A DNA stretch of 64,000 bases from Octopus sinensis (taxonomy: Eukaryota). The DNA is taken from contig NC_043018.1 in NCBI RefSeq assembly GCF_006345805.1, positions 25,110,001 through 25,174,000 of the forward strand, given 5' to 3'. Under the pieces are notes generated by a model that was given only the letters and a program-made list of their open reading frames with translations, had not been told where the DNA came from and made no database searches. Positions 41,553 through 53,807 of the stretch are shown here, piece by piece; the first letter of the stretch is position 1, and every line of letters starts with the position of its first letter. Both the position numbers and the translations under genes were made by a program.

Positions 41553-41712
41553 CCCGTCTGATGATGGGCCGTATCTCATGCGGCCCGCTTGATGATCAGC
41601 CTTGTCTTACGCGGCCCACTTGATGATCAGCCTTGCCTCATGCAATCCGTGTGATGATCAGCCGTGTCTCATGCGACCCGTCTGATGATCAGTCGTGTCT
41701 TATGTGGCCCGT
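41553..41712. repeat. 31-bp minisatellite, 5 copies
   Basis: TGATGAT recurs at 41559, 41590, 41621, 41652 and 41683. Unit is approximately TGATGATCAGCCGTGTCTCATGCGGCCCGTC. Confidence 0.92.
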
Positions 41713-42083
41713 TCCTCAAAAAAGGACTGTCCGTACCTGGTGTAGATGTTGAAAGAAGATGGGAACGAAAGAGGCCCGCAAGCGGTGCCTTCATTTACAG
41801 TCTTCTGTGAAAACATGCCTTGTATTGGAGGGAAATATTACCTTACTTAGAAAAAGGTGAAGGTTGGTGACAGGGAGGGCGCCCGCCTCAACATATTCCG
41901 TCCGACCATTGCAAGCGTGGAAAAGTGGGCGCTAAAACGATGATGAGGATATGCACGTGTACATGCATACAGATGAAAGTCACCTATACTTACATACGTG
42001 TGTATGTGTGTATGTCCTGTACGTGTATGTTTTTATGTCTGTGTGTATATATGTGTGTGCATGTATGTATATATATATATATA

Positions 42084-42126
<43 letters not shown>

Positions 42127-42970
42127 TATATTATATATATATATATATATATGAGAGTCACTTATAGACATGTATGTGTCTAGACATAATATATACACAA
42201 AGATGTTAAACCCAATGGATCAACCTTCTATATAACTATATATATGTATATATATGTATATATATATGTGTGTGTATATATATATATTATTGCTCCCTCC
42301 ATTTCGTTTATCCGTTCTCTCCCCCTCCCCATTTTCTTTCCCTCCTCCATAAAATATTATATATTCAGTAATTCAATATTTAATAAACAGTATCAAAATT
42401 ATGGAAATTATAATTTTTTTCCCCATCATTGAAAGAATTCCATGAAGCATTCTGTGAAATACATATTGATGTATTGGGCGGGTCGGAGGGTGAAGGTTTG
42501 AACTCCCCCACCCGTTTTGTACCTTTTCTTTCCTCTTCTTTCTTCACTTATATATGCATGTGTGTGTGTGTAAATATATAGATATGTGTGTATATGTATA
42601 TATGTGTGTTGTGTGCACATGCATACATACAACATACATGCTTGGGCGAAGAGAAAATGTCTGTTTCTTGAGGTTGCACTGAAATTGCGAGCCCCAAATT
42701 ATTGACAAGGGCCTCTTGAGGTTTATACTCTCAAAAGTATTTATTATTTGAGAACCAGAATGACACATTATACATCAATATATTCGTTATATTTCATGTC
42801 TGTGCACACATCACACAGACGATGGAGAGGAGTCGTCGCCAAACCAGCCAGCCAGCACTGGAGCGAGAGACATCAAAACACTGGAGCTAATTTGTGGCGG
42901 TTTTCGGTAGAAATTGTCCCACGAATCATATACATTTCGGCGTCTTTGAAAGAGGACACGGTACTTCTTT

Positions 42971-43383
42971 GGATCTTTTCGGTTTGAACGGCAGTTTTTA
43001 ACATAATTTCTAGGTAACTAAAATATTTTAAACTTCGTATACAGGTAGAATGTGTTTATAAAACATCTTTTTCTCTTGGCTTTATTGAGAAAATTCTATA
43101 GTTTATAAGATATTTGTTGGGGTTTTTTTCTGCAATTTCAACCAATCAGTGACGTCTATTGATGTAAAAAAAAACATTCTGTGCCGTATGAATATGTCCC
43201 TCGTTTAAGAAACAGATTGGGTTTATTTACATTTGTGAAGAAAAAACGATACCCTTCCCCCCATCCCTAACCCTAACCCTAAAACTGATTGAAATGCAAT
43301 AGATCGATACTAGGGTCATAATTATGGGTGACAATTTCATATGACACCGCTAGAAAAAACTGCCGTTCAAACCGAAAAGATCC
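42971..43383. mobile_element. MITE with about 28-bp TIR and 7-bp TSD, superfamily unassigned
   Basis: GGATCTTTTCGGTTTGAACGGCAGTTTT at both ends in inverted orientation. CTTCTTT at 42964-70 and 43384-90. Internal (CCCTAA)3. Confidence 0.9.
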
Positions 43384-44727
43384 CTTCTTTGACTGTGCCT
43401 ACGAATAAAAGACAGATTGGTGGAATGGTCATAGTTGGATTGCTTTAGATTAGGCATGGGCAACCTTTTTCGAGAAGCGAGCCGCATGAGACACACGTTC
43501 AGTAAGATGATGGGGGATGGCTCTAAATGTAATTGATATAAACAACAGTTTGCTGTTTCGCTAAAAAGGAGAAATTCCAAAGAAACTAGGGTGTTAGGGA
43601 ACGCCTACATTGCTAGAAATAAGAGCTAAACCGCTTCAATGCTGTAGTTAACGCACTTGAATGAAAGCTTGTTTGTATTTGTCCCCTATTACTGCTTGAA
43701 AACTGGTGTCAATTTATTTACGTCCCTACCGTACAGTAGGTTAGACTTTAAAAATTATATATGTACTAGGGGTCGATTTGTTCGACTAAACCTTTGAAGG
43801 CGGTGTCCTCAGCATAGTTGCAGTCCAGTAACTAAAACAATTCAAAGAGAAAAAGGGAGGGAAATATAAGAACAATCTTAAATAATTTCTCTCTCTCTCT
43901 CTCTCTCACACACACATTCACACACACACCACACACACACACACACACATTTGTCTCGGTGTCAGATCAAGGTTCTAAGAAGTACATCTGTATTTCGACT
44001 TAACTACTCTCCTACAGTAAAATAGCCTGTTTGTCTGTCTGCCGTCTCCGTTCACCGACCGAGTCACAGATGGCTGTGCAATCAATTTGCTCCGCTCTTT
44101 TGAATCAGCTTTGCAGGAACCGTTCTGCTGAAAGTATTTTTCTCGGGGAGAAAAGAATGTAGCAATTTACAAAGGACATCACATGGAACCAAAAACAAAT
44201 GAGGAGCGGCACTGTTTCGGGTTAAGGGACAAAAAACTGTCATCGTACTTAACTGCTGACGCTAGCAGCAGCAGTATGGTTGAGACATGAGACGTAGCTG
44301 AATGTAACACGAAGGACCGTTAGTGTGTAAAGTAATTTGCTAACGTGGTTAATGTTGCGAGGCCTGTAACTTTGGTTAATCGAAACTATATAATAATGTG
44401 TGTGTGTGTCTGTATGTAGAAGGGATTAAAGCTGTTGAACTAAGTTTTTGCAAGCCAAAATCAAGAGAGGCAGCTCGAAAAAAGATCGAATTGGGTTGAC
44501 ACACTATTACTGCAATTAATAGATTCAATTAAATGATCGTGGAACTTTAATGGTGTTATTATGTAGGCGAGGCTGTGGGGGTAAGAAGTTTGCTTCTCAA
44601 CTACATGGTTGTGGGTTCACTTCCGCTGCGTGGCACCTGGACAGGTGTCTTCTATACCCTTCGGCTGACCAAACCTTTGTGAATGGACTTCGGTGGGGGA
44701 GATGAGCACGTGTTTGAAGTGGCGTAC

Positions 44728-44947
44728 AGGGCGAGCTAGCAGAAACGTTAGCACGCCGGGCGAAATGCGTAGCCGTATTTCGTCTGCCGTTACGTTGTGA
44801 GTTCAAATTCCGCCGAGGTCGACTTTGCCTTGCATCCTTTCGGGGTCGATAAATAAAGTACCCGTTTCGCACTGGAGTCGATGTAATCGACTTAATCCCT
44901 TTGTTTGTCCCCTCTATGTTTAGCCCCTTGTGGGCAATAAAGAAATA
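44728..44947 (+). mobile_element. tRNA-derived SINE family B, young full-length copy
   Basis: Head GGCGAGCTAGCAGAAACGTTAGC, box B GAGTTCAAATTCC, central GTCGACTTTGCCTTGCATCCTTTCGGGGTCGATAAA, tail GGGCAATAAAGAAATA. Confidence 0.85.
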
Positions 44948-44953
44948 GATATA

Positions 44954-45154
44954 AAGAATAAGGAGGCAGTCAGAATTTTGGATAATTCTTTATTAGCGCT
45001 TTCGTTCGTTTGACCGAATTCTTCGGGAAAAATTGAACTAAAATAATGGCGGTACCCCCAGCATAGTTGCAGATTACTTTGGCTCAAGAATTTGGTTAAA
45101 CGAACGAAAGCGCTAATAAAGAATTATCCAAAATTCTGACTGCTTCCTTTTTCT
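44954..45154. repeat. Inverted repeat (about 70-bp arms) with hammerhead-like motifs
   Basis: Arms about 44954-45023 and 45085-45154. Minus arm reads CCGAAGA-aTTCG(gtcaaa)CGAAc-GAA-AGCGCT-A-ATAAAG. Stem I is poor. Confidence 0.55.
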
Positions 45155-45708
45155 TAGTATATATATGGCTGTGAGGTAAGTAGCTTGCTTACCAACCAAA
45201 TTGCTCCGGGTTCAGTCCCACTACATGGCACCTTGGGCAAGTGTCTTCTACAATAGCCTCGGATCGACCAAAGCCTCGTATATATGTTTGTGTGTCTGTG
45301 TTTGTCCTCCTCGCCATCGCTTGACAACCGATGCTGGTGTGTTTATGTCCCCGTAACTTAGCGGTTCGACAAAAGAGACGGATAGAATAAGTACTAGGCT
45401 TACAAAGAATAAGTCCTGGAATCAATTTATTCGACTAAAGGCGGTGCTCTATCATGGCCGCAGTCAAACGACTGAAACAAGTAAACGAATATATGATGTT
45501 ACACATAATAGATTGTCATCTCCTTCCATAGTTTATCAGTACATGCGCCGTACAGTAAGTTTGGGTGTTAATAGATTATATCATGTAATTTCGTTCCGCA
45601 GTTGTTCAGCCAAATCTTGCAATATGCCTTCTACGTGTGTATGTATGTATATCATAACTTGTAATCTTCGATCTTGTTCCATAGTTTAAGATATCTGTTT
45701 AAAGCGTA

Positions 45709-45744
<36 letters not shown>

Positions 45745-46842
45745 CTCGCTCGCGCGCCTGGGTTAGTTTTTTTTTATATATAATTATTTTTAGCAGACAC
45801 CAGCCGTGACAGCTCTGAACTTGTGTGTGTGTAAGAGAGAGAGACTATTTCACGCTAATTTGTTTCCGCAATATATATAATAAACGAATATATCTTTAAA
45901 CGCTTGTGTCACAGAGCTTTTTCTTTAGACGTTTTCTTGGGGGGGGGGGGTTCCCTTTTTTTTTGTTTTCTTTTTGGTGATAGTCGTAGCAAATTATCAT
46001 CATCATCATCATCACCATTCAGCTTAGTACTGACTGTTCCGACCGAACTATGATCAAAAAGCATTCTAACCGCAACCATCCCCTCTTTCATACATAGTTT
46101 TAAAACAAATATATCTTAAGTTACGTTATTCAATGTCTCTCTCAATCGAGTGAGATTTCGCTGTTATTTCTAGTTGGTTGAGCAACCGCATAGAATGCCT
46201 TTCTTTCGTAGTTTTGCTTCTTCCTTGCAAAGACTTGTGAGATGGAATGGGTTCGGCCGTTCTTCATTCCGCCGCGATGTGTGAGGGAGTAAGGAACAGT
46301 ACATACTTATTACTCAACATTCCACTATGTAATTTAGAGGCTAGGTTAGTAGAATTAAAGTGGTCCCCCTCATTTTTTAAGGGTTTAACCACAACGACTG
46401 TCTTTATGTATATAGGAGAGGTCAGCGACTCCTGACAATTATTCGGAAGTCAAAAACTGTGCCTCTGGAATCCAATCTGAAGGAATACAATCCCTCGTAG
46501 AAAATGGTTAGATTAGAATATGTGTTTATTTGATTTTTACGAGAAAGTCTTCGATAGATTAATAACTGGATGTTTTTTGCTTGGCTCAAACGTTTCAATT
46601 CCTTTAATTTTGTTCCAAGTGATTTCAAATTTGGTGTATTGGTGTATTTTTGTACGCTAATTATGAAAAAAAATTTTTGTTGTTTTTTTCTCATTGATAA
46701 ACTTTCGAGGTGGTACCCCAACATGACCACAGTCTAATAACTGAAACAAGTAAAGCATAAGAAATAAAAAGTTAATAGGTTTTAAAGTTTGCAAATTTTG
46801 GTTAAGCTTAGCCAATCGAAAGCCACAGACGTGCTAGTACCT

Positions 46843-46856
46843 GTTTCCATAGTAAC
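46843..46856. promoter_or_regulatory. RFX X-box-like site with upstream CCAAT
   Basis: GTTTCCATAGTAAC fits GTHNYY-AT-RRNAAC. CCAAT lies at 46812-46816 in unique, CpG-containing sequence. Confidence 0.4.
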
Positions 46857-47926
46857 AAGCCAAGCTGTAGTCTGTTTAGCCACTCGGAAGACACAGGCAT
46901 ATGTGAGCCGAATAGAAAAGATCCTAATATCCTAAGTCTTCAAGAATCGCCGTCATCGTTGATTTTGACGTCCACGTTTCCAGGCTGGTTTGGGTCAGTG
47001 AGGCAGATTTTCCGAAGGTGCCACACAGTGGGACTGAACCTGGAACCATGTGGTTGGAAAGCAAGCTTCTTATAACACAGCCACTCTTGCACCTCATGTA
47101 TATGAGAAATTACGATAAACGCATATTTGTTCCTATGTACGTCTCAAAATTGTAGTTATTTGGGAATCTAATACTTAACCACAATGAACCAGCAGGGAGC
47201 ACTTTAGTTCTCTGTAACTTAATAATGACCAGAGTTAAATGGCAAGACATTTAGCACCAGGTCAGCCTTAGTCCAGAGTATTCATGACTACAGACGTTCT
47301 AGTTGTGACGGTTTCATTTTCAAGTATAGTTTACCTAAGGGCCTTTCGTTTTCTTAAAGATGTTTGAATGGGGTTAGAAGGGAAATTCGGTTGTTATTTC
47401 AAGCAACCACATAAACCACTTTGAAAGCCCTTATCTCTTATTAACTTGTATGTGCCCTTCATGTATCACCTATATATTTGTGTGCGACTTGGGGTTTAGT
47501 TTTTTTCACCCCACCGCACCCTATGTGTTATATATGTATTCGTCCCATATTTCATCCACCACCTTAATCCACTCCTAACGCACAATCTAATGTTTTCATA
47601 AGATTACTATTTAAAATGTTTTGCTGGGGGTGTTTGACTGGGAGGTGTTAATAACAACAAACTAGAGACCTTAACTCCCCGTCCCTGCAGGGTGGTTGGT
47701 TCCTTATCTGGAAACATTATCCGCCTTCACTTCGGTTCCTTATCACGTCTATGTACCCTGTGTAAGTAAGCTACCCAAGATAGGGTGGATATGGAGGTAG
47801 CGAGGTAGGTCGTTATAACAACATCTGAATGATCTTAACAGTCAAACTGTAACTTTAAACGTCCTGATAAATTGAGAAATATTTAATAACCTGCACTACT
47901 GCTTCCTACATGTGGCTGTGTGTATA

Positions 47927-48797
47927 CTTGTATGAGTGTATAAAGGCTTGCATCACTCCTCTGCATGTGTGTATATACATGTATAGGTGCATGTATGTGT
48001 GTGTAAAGATTTGCACCATCCTACTTGTATGAGTGTATAAAGGCTCGCATCACTCCTCTGCATGTGTGTGTATACATGTATAGGTGTATGTATGCGTGTG
48101 TAAAGATTTGCACCATCCTACTTATATGAGTGTATAAAGGCTCGCATCACTCCTCTGCATGTGTGTATATACATGTATAGGTGTATGTATGCGTGTGTAA
48201 AGATTTGCACCATCCTACTTGTATGAGTGTATAAAGGCTCGCATCACTCCTCTGCATGTGTGTATATACATGTATAGGTGTATGTATGCGTGTGTAAAGA
48301 TTTGCACCATCCTACTTGTATGAGTGTATAAAGGCTCGCATCACTCCTCTGCATGTGTGTGTATACATGTATAGGTGCATGTATGTGTGTGTAAAGATTT
48401 GCACCATCCTACTTATATGAGTGTATAAAGGCTCGCATCACTCCTCTGCATGTGTGTATATACATGTATAGGTGTATGTATGCGTGTGTAAAGATTTGCA
48501 CCATCCTACTTGTATGAGTGTATAAAGGCTCGCATCACTCCTCTGCATGTGTGTATATACATGTATAGGTGCATGTATGTGTGTGTAAAGATTTGCACCA
48601 TCCTACTTATATGAGTGTATAAAGGCTCGCATCACTCCTCTGCATGTGTGTATATACATGTATAGGTGCATGTATGTGTGTGTAAAGATTTGCACCATCC
48701 TACTTATATGAGTGTATAAAGGCTCGCATCACTCCTCTGCATGTGGTGTATACATGTATAGGTGTATGTATGCGTGTGTAAAGATTTGCACCATCCT
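47927..48797. repeat. 97-bp satellite/minisatellite, 9 copies
   Basis: Unit starts at 47927, 48024, 48121, 48218, 48315, 48412, 48509, 48606 and 48703. Copies are near-identical, with degenerate flanks. Confidence 0.97.
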
Positions 48798-49346
48798 GCA
48801 TAAGTCTGTGTACATGTGTATGTGTCTGTAAAGACTTGCACCATTTCCTCCTGCATGTGTGTGTGTGTGCATGTACACATGTATATGTGTCTATGCATAA
48901 ATGTGTAGATGTATGTGTGTATATATAAAAGTATGCATCTCTCTCCTACATGTGTCAGTGTGTATAGATCTGTGTGGATGAAAGGCTTTCACCATTGTTT
49001 GCTACATGTTTGTATGTATGCATGTGGGTGTAAAGCCATGCGCCGGTGTCACTTTGGCGTGCGGTCTACCTGGCCATTTATAACCCTAAACGGTAACCCT
49101 AACCCAAATCGGGTCATTGAGTCAAAACAGCTTCTGGAAAGAATATATGAAAATTGATTTCAGATTTAGGCACAAGGCCAGCAATTTCAGGGAAAGGGTC
49201 AAGTCGATTACATCGACACCAGTGCTTAACTGGTACTTATTTAGTAATAGCACGCGCACTCGGAAATTCCGGATTGGTGTCTGGCATGCTGACAGACCAC
49301 TGAAAGTAAGGCACCCCTCAGCTTTTGCTGCAGGATGTCTCTAAGG

Positions 49347-49565
49347 CAGTGCTTTTCAAAGTTTTTGCTGGAGCGGAACCCCAAGGAAGCATTCCACTGG
49401 CTCGAGGAACCCCTGTGCAATAATTTAATAGTCTTGTGCACACATATCTGCACATGAGAATTAAAAATTAATGCCGATTTTAGTAGTTTTGTAACTTCTT
49501 GCGGAACCCCTGGACTGTACTGGCGGAACCCTAAGGTTCCGTGGAACCCTGGTTGACAACCATTG
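49347..49565. mobile_element. hAT-type MITE with perfect 8-bp TSD
   Basis: Termini CAGTGCTTTTCAAA...GTTGACAACCATTG. CTCTAAGG is duplicated at 49339-46 and 49566-73. Internal GGAACCC repeats are present. Confidence 0.9.
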
Positions 49566-49862
49566 CTCTAAGGTATAAAACTGGATATGCAAGGAATGGG
49601 ATTAGAATTTTGCGGTTCTTTTGCTTGCTCTTGAAACCATGGCGACCCCCACATTTCTGAGCGTGCGATCCATTGTAGTTCTAGATATCTCGCTTGGCCT
49701 GTCTCCAGATCATCTCAGTAGGGTGGAGGAAGGTGTCTGAGGTGTCGTGGAGGCCTTATTGGACCTAGAACTTTGCCTCAAGTATTGCTGTGGTCGGCGA
49801 TGGTCTTCCTCGGTCACGCGTGGACTGTTATAATGAGTATGATACATACATACGCATGATGG

Positions 49863-50051
49863 TATTCTTTTAGTCGTTTCAGTCATGTGACTGCGGCCAT
49901 GCTGGACCACCTCCTTTAGTCGAACAAACTGACCCCAGGGCTTATTCTTTGTAAGCCTAGTACTTATTCTATTTGTCTCTTTTGCCAAACCGCTAAGTTA
50001 CGGGGACGTAAACAGCATCGGTTATCAAGCGATTTTGGGAGGACAAACATA

Positions 50052-50082
<31 letters not shown>

Positions 50083-50236
50083 TCGACGGGGTTCTTTCAG
50101 TTTCCGTCTACCAAATCCACTCACAAGGCTTTGGCTGGCCCGAGGCTATAGTAGAAGACACTTGCCCAAGGTGCCACACAGTGGGACTGAACCCAGAACC
50201 ATGTGGTTGGGAAGCAAGCTTCTTACCACACACCAT
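49863..50236 (-). mobile_element. SINE family A, full-length copy
   Basis: Reverse complement of the family A sequence with an internal (AT)n linker. Confidence 0.85.
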
Positions 50237-51194
50237 GTAATAATTAAATTATATATTATGCACTTTGTATAATCATTTCGTACCTGGTCACAGAAAAAAT
50301 TTTAGAATTTTATTTCTATTTTTATGACTATCACTGTCTACGGGGCGATGACCCGGTCCGTGGTGCAAAGAAAACAAGGTTGGGGACAGTTCTCATAGAA
50401 CACTATCAGATCTGTTGGTTTGCACCGTGTTGCCCTTTTATTTCATTTCATTTATTTTTTATGAGTTTAGATTACATTCTTGTTCTGACCAATCCTTCAT
50501 ATGGATAACATTGCAAATGGTTATGGCAGCATAAATACACCAACATCGGTTTGTTGAGCGATGGTGGGGTGGAGTGGAGGGCAAATACATATATATATAT
50601 ATATTCTGCAAGCTGGCAGAAACGTTAGCAAGCCGGGCGAAATGCTTTGTGTTATTTCGTCCGCTGCTGCGTTCTGAGTTCAAATTCCGCCGAGGTCGAC
50701 TTTGCCTTTCATCCTTTCGGGGTCGATAAATTAAGTACCAGTTACGCACTGGGGGTCGATGTAATCGACTTAATCTGTTTGTCCTTGTTTGTCCCCTCTA
50801 TGTTCAGCCCCTTGTGGGCAATAAAAAAGAAATATATATATATTCGACGGGGTTCTTTCAGTTTCCGTCCACAAAATCCACTTACAAGGCTTTGGTTGGC
50901 TCGAGGCTATAGTAGAAGACACCTGCCCGTGGTGCCACGCAGTGAGACTGAACCCGGAACTATGAGGTTGAGAAGCAAACTTCTTGTCACACAACCACAC
51001 CTACACTTACATATACTTTTTTCTTCTTAGCATGAAGCCTGCCCGATGGCGAACCATGTCTCATGTGGCCCGCTTCTCGAAAAAGGTTGCCCATGTATTC
51101 TTTATTTAGTCTTTTTGAATGTAAACGGCTCTGACTATCATATCAGCCAAAGTCTGCTGAACTATTTTGTCACTGGTTTCACAGGCGCCATCAC

Positions 51195-51367
51195 CAACGT
51201 TCGCAACATTCTCTTCTATTCCGAGATACTTGTAGCATTCGTCATTGGAGACAGGGGAGATGTAGACACAGGCCGTTGATATTCCATAGTCTTTGTCTGG
51301 TCAACAAGCTTTCCTCGACTGAATGAAAACCAAACATGAGCATTGATCCTCACCAAACAGCATTCCA
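51195..51367 (-). mobile_element. Frameshifted reverse-transcriptase fragment (R4-like)
   Basis: RGKLV (rc 51303-17), INGL and YKYLGIEENV (YKYLGI = rc 51217-34) occur in different frames. Confidence 0.7.
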
Positions 51368-51545
51368 TGTACCATATACATTATTCTGAGAGAGAGAGAT
51401 AGAGAGATTCAGTGCCTAATACGTATGTATATATATCTCCGCCTGTGTGTGTATGTGTAGCTATTTATACGTGTATGTGTTTGTGTCTAATGACTTCAAG
51501 AATAACTACATATAGATACGTTACTTTACATGTTTGCACATGGTT

Positions 51546-51576
<31 letters not shown>

Positions 51577-52414
51577 TCGACTATTCATCATGTACTTCTT
51601 TTTTTTTTCATCTCTACATGAGTGTATGTGTGTGTATAAATGTCACACCATTCAACAACTGGCGTTTTAATAGAAAGACGACACCGAAATAGTTCATGTT
51701 TTTATTTCTCTGTAGATTGTGTATGTGTGTGTGTGAGCGCGTAGAGTTTATCTTTATACGTGTATATATTGATGTGTATACATATATATATATATATATG
51801 TAGGGTTCGTGTGTGTAGTCCCCCCCCCCCTTGCGTACAGTAAAATAAAAAAAATATCGAGCAAATAAATAAATAAATGGAACCAAATAAACTAACATTA
51901 AGTCATGTAATAATAATTTCCTCTCAAGTTACTGGTGAGAGGAGGGTAGAAAGAGAGACTATAATAGAGAGGAGGGGTGAGAGACTATTAGGTAGGTAGA
52001 GAACGTGGGTGAGGTGGTGATAGACAAGAGGAGGAGAGATGGTGGCAGCTCGGGATGGGTAGAAATGTGGTAGAGAGAGATGGTAGGAGGAAAAGATTGC
52101 GTAGACAGGAGGGAGTTAGTGGTAGGTAGAAGGGAGAGAGGCGATGGGTATATAGAGAGGAGGAAGAGACGGTGTTGGTAGATAGAGAGGAGAGAGTTGA
52201 TGTATAGAGAGGGAGTGAGAGAAATGGTGACAGATAGAAAAGGAGATGGTGGTGGTGGTAGAAGATAGAAGAGGAAGATAGGGTAGATTAACAGGCAGGT
52301 AGATAGATAGATGGGGATGGCGAAAGATGATGTATAACGTTAGGTTTGATGAGTTAGATAAAAGGAAGGATTACGCACCGTGTGTATATGTATGTATATA
52401 TATATATGTGTGTG

Positions 52415-52469
<55 letters not shown>

Positions 52470-52636
52470 GCACGCATATACACACAGGTATACACATATA
52501 TTCATACATACATTACCCAAACATGTGTGCGTACACACGTACATCCATGACTGAAAAAAAACCGTGGGTTTCTTTGATAGTTTCTGCAAGTTTGCGTACG
52601 TTTTCTTATACCCTTCCTTATCCTCCTCCCACCTCG

Positions 52637-52673
<37 letters not shown>

Positions 52674-53105
52674 GCGGTCTCTTTCCACCCTCTCTACCCG
52701 TATCTGACTGAACCAGACGATATGTGAAACAAGTGGTTTTCATTAACTGCCGCCAGCCTCTCTTAGGTGTACGGCTCACATTACATCCACCGCTCTTAGT
52801 TTACGTATTACCATCATCATCACACACACACACACACACAAACTAATACATATGTACACACGGTCATAAATCTACACGTTTACATAGACACTTGCTTACA
52901 TACACACACACACACACACACACGCTTCACATTCATACACACGTGAGTCTGATCTCTCTATATTTGAAGTCTGTAGTTCTGAGTCCAGATCCTGTCAAGA
53001 TCGACTTAGCCGTTCGTAATTTCCAAGATTGATAAAATCTGTTATACTTGGCATGTTACCTATCAGGACAAGTCATCATTATTAAAATTTTAGGGAAATT
53101 AAATA

Positions 53106-53322
53106 TATTTCTTTATTGCCCACAAGGGGCTAAACATAGAGGGGACAAACAAGGACAGACAAAGGGATTAAGTCGATTACATCGATCCCAGTGCGAAACT
53201 GGTACTTAATTTATCGACCCCGAAAGGCAAAGTTGACCTCGGCGGAATTTGAACTCAGAACATAGTGGCAGGCAAAATGCCGCTAAGCATTTCGCCCGGT
53301 GCGCTAACGTTTGTGCCAGCTC
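53106..53322 (-). mobile_element. SINE family B copy
   Basis: Reverse complement of family B. Other copies lie at about 1722-1950, 10270-10700, 10962-11100, 15290-15510, 15930-16110, 29590-29935, 39150-39344, 50608-50830, 59920-60350 and 61085-61395. Confidence 0.8.
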
Positions 53323-53807
53323 CATCATTGTCATTCATTTACCCACAGCTCTGGTAGTAGCGGTGTTTGTTTCCTCCTAGGTTAACTTCGATCGAGCAAA
53401 CTTACGATAAGAAGCATTCCAGCCATGGCCTTCCCTCCATTTCCATCTTTTTGTTTTTCTCTCTGTTACGAAATTTGGACCGCTTTAGACAATGAATATG
53501 TGCTTCTCCTCAAGACGACTTAGTGTTTAAATTCATGCCCGTTGCAAAGAGGATACACTTGACGGCTCTTTCCCCCTCGCTATTTAATGGTGCACCCTCA
53601 AATTTACAGTGATACCCTGATTTCAAAACTCCACTTTAGCATTATTACAAGTTAAAGTCCACCCAGAATATTGTGACACACCCCAAGGCAGGAAAGTCTG
53701 GTGGACGGGCCTGATTTGATTCGGAGTAGATTTTGGCTGCTATTTCTAGTGGGTTGCATGACTGTTGATGTTCCCTTGATGACTTTGAGATGGTTGGTAG
53801 ACTTGGT

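Noticed and set aside
41553-41712. CTGATGA/TGATGA as hammerhead core or snoRNA C box
   Set aside because: There is no downstream GAAA/stem III and no D-box terminal stem. It is part of a tandem unit.
43262-43283. Interstitial telomere (CCCTAA)3; similar at about 49082-49105
   Set aside because: Only 2-3 units, and the 43262 copy is internal to a MITE.
46480-46525. CTGAAGGA..GAAAATGGTTAGATT hammerhead candidate
   Set aside because: The core is non-standard, there is no stem III, and the cleavage position would be G.
47927-48797. CRISPR-like reading of the 97-bp and 31-bp arrays
   Set aside because: These are head-to-tail units with no unique spacers, in a eukaryotic context with no cas genes.
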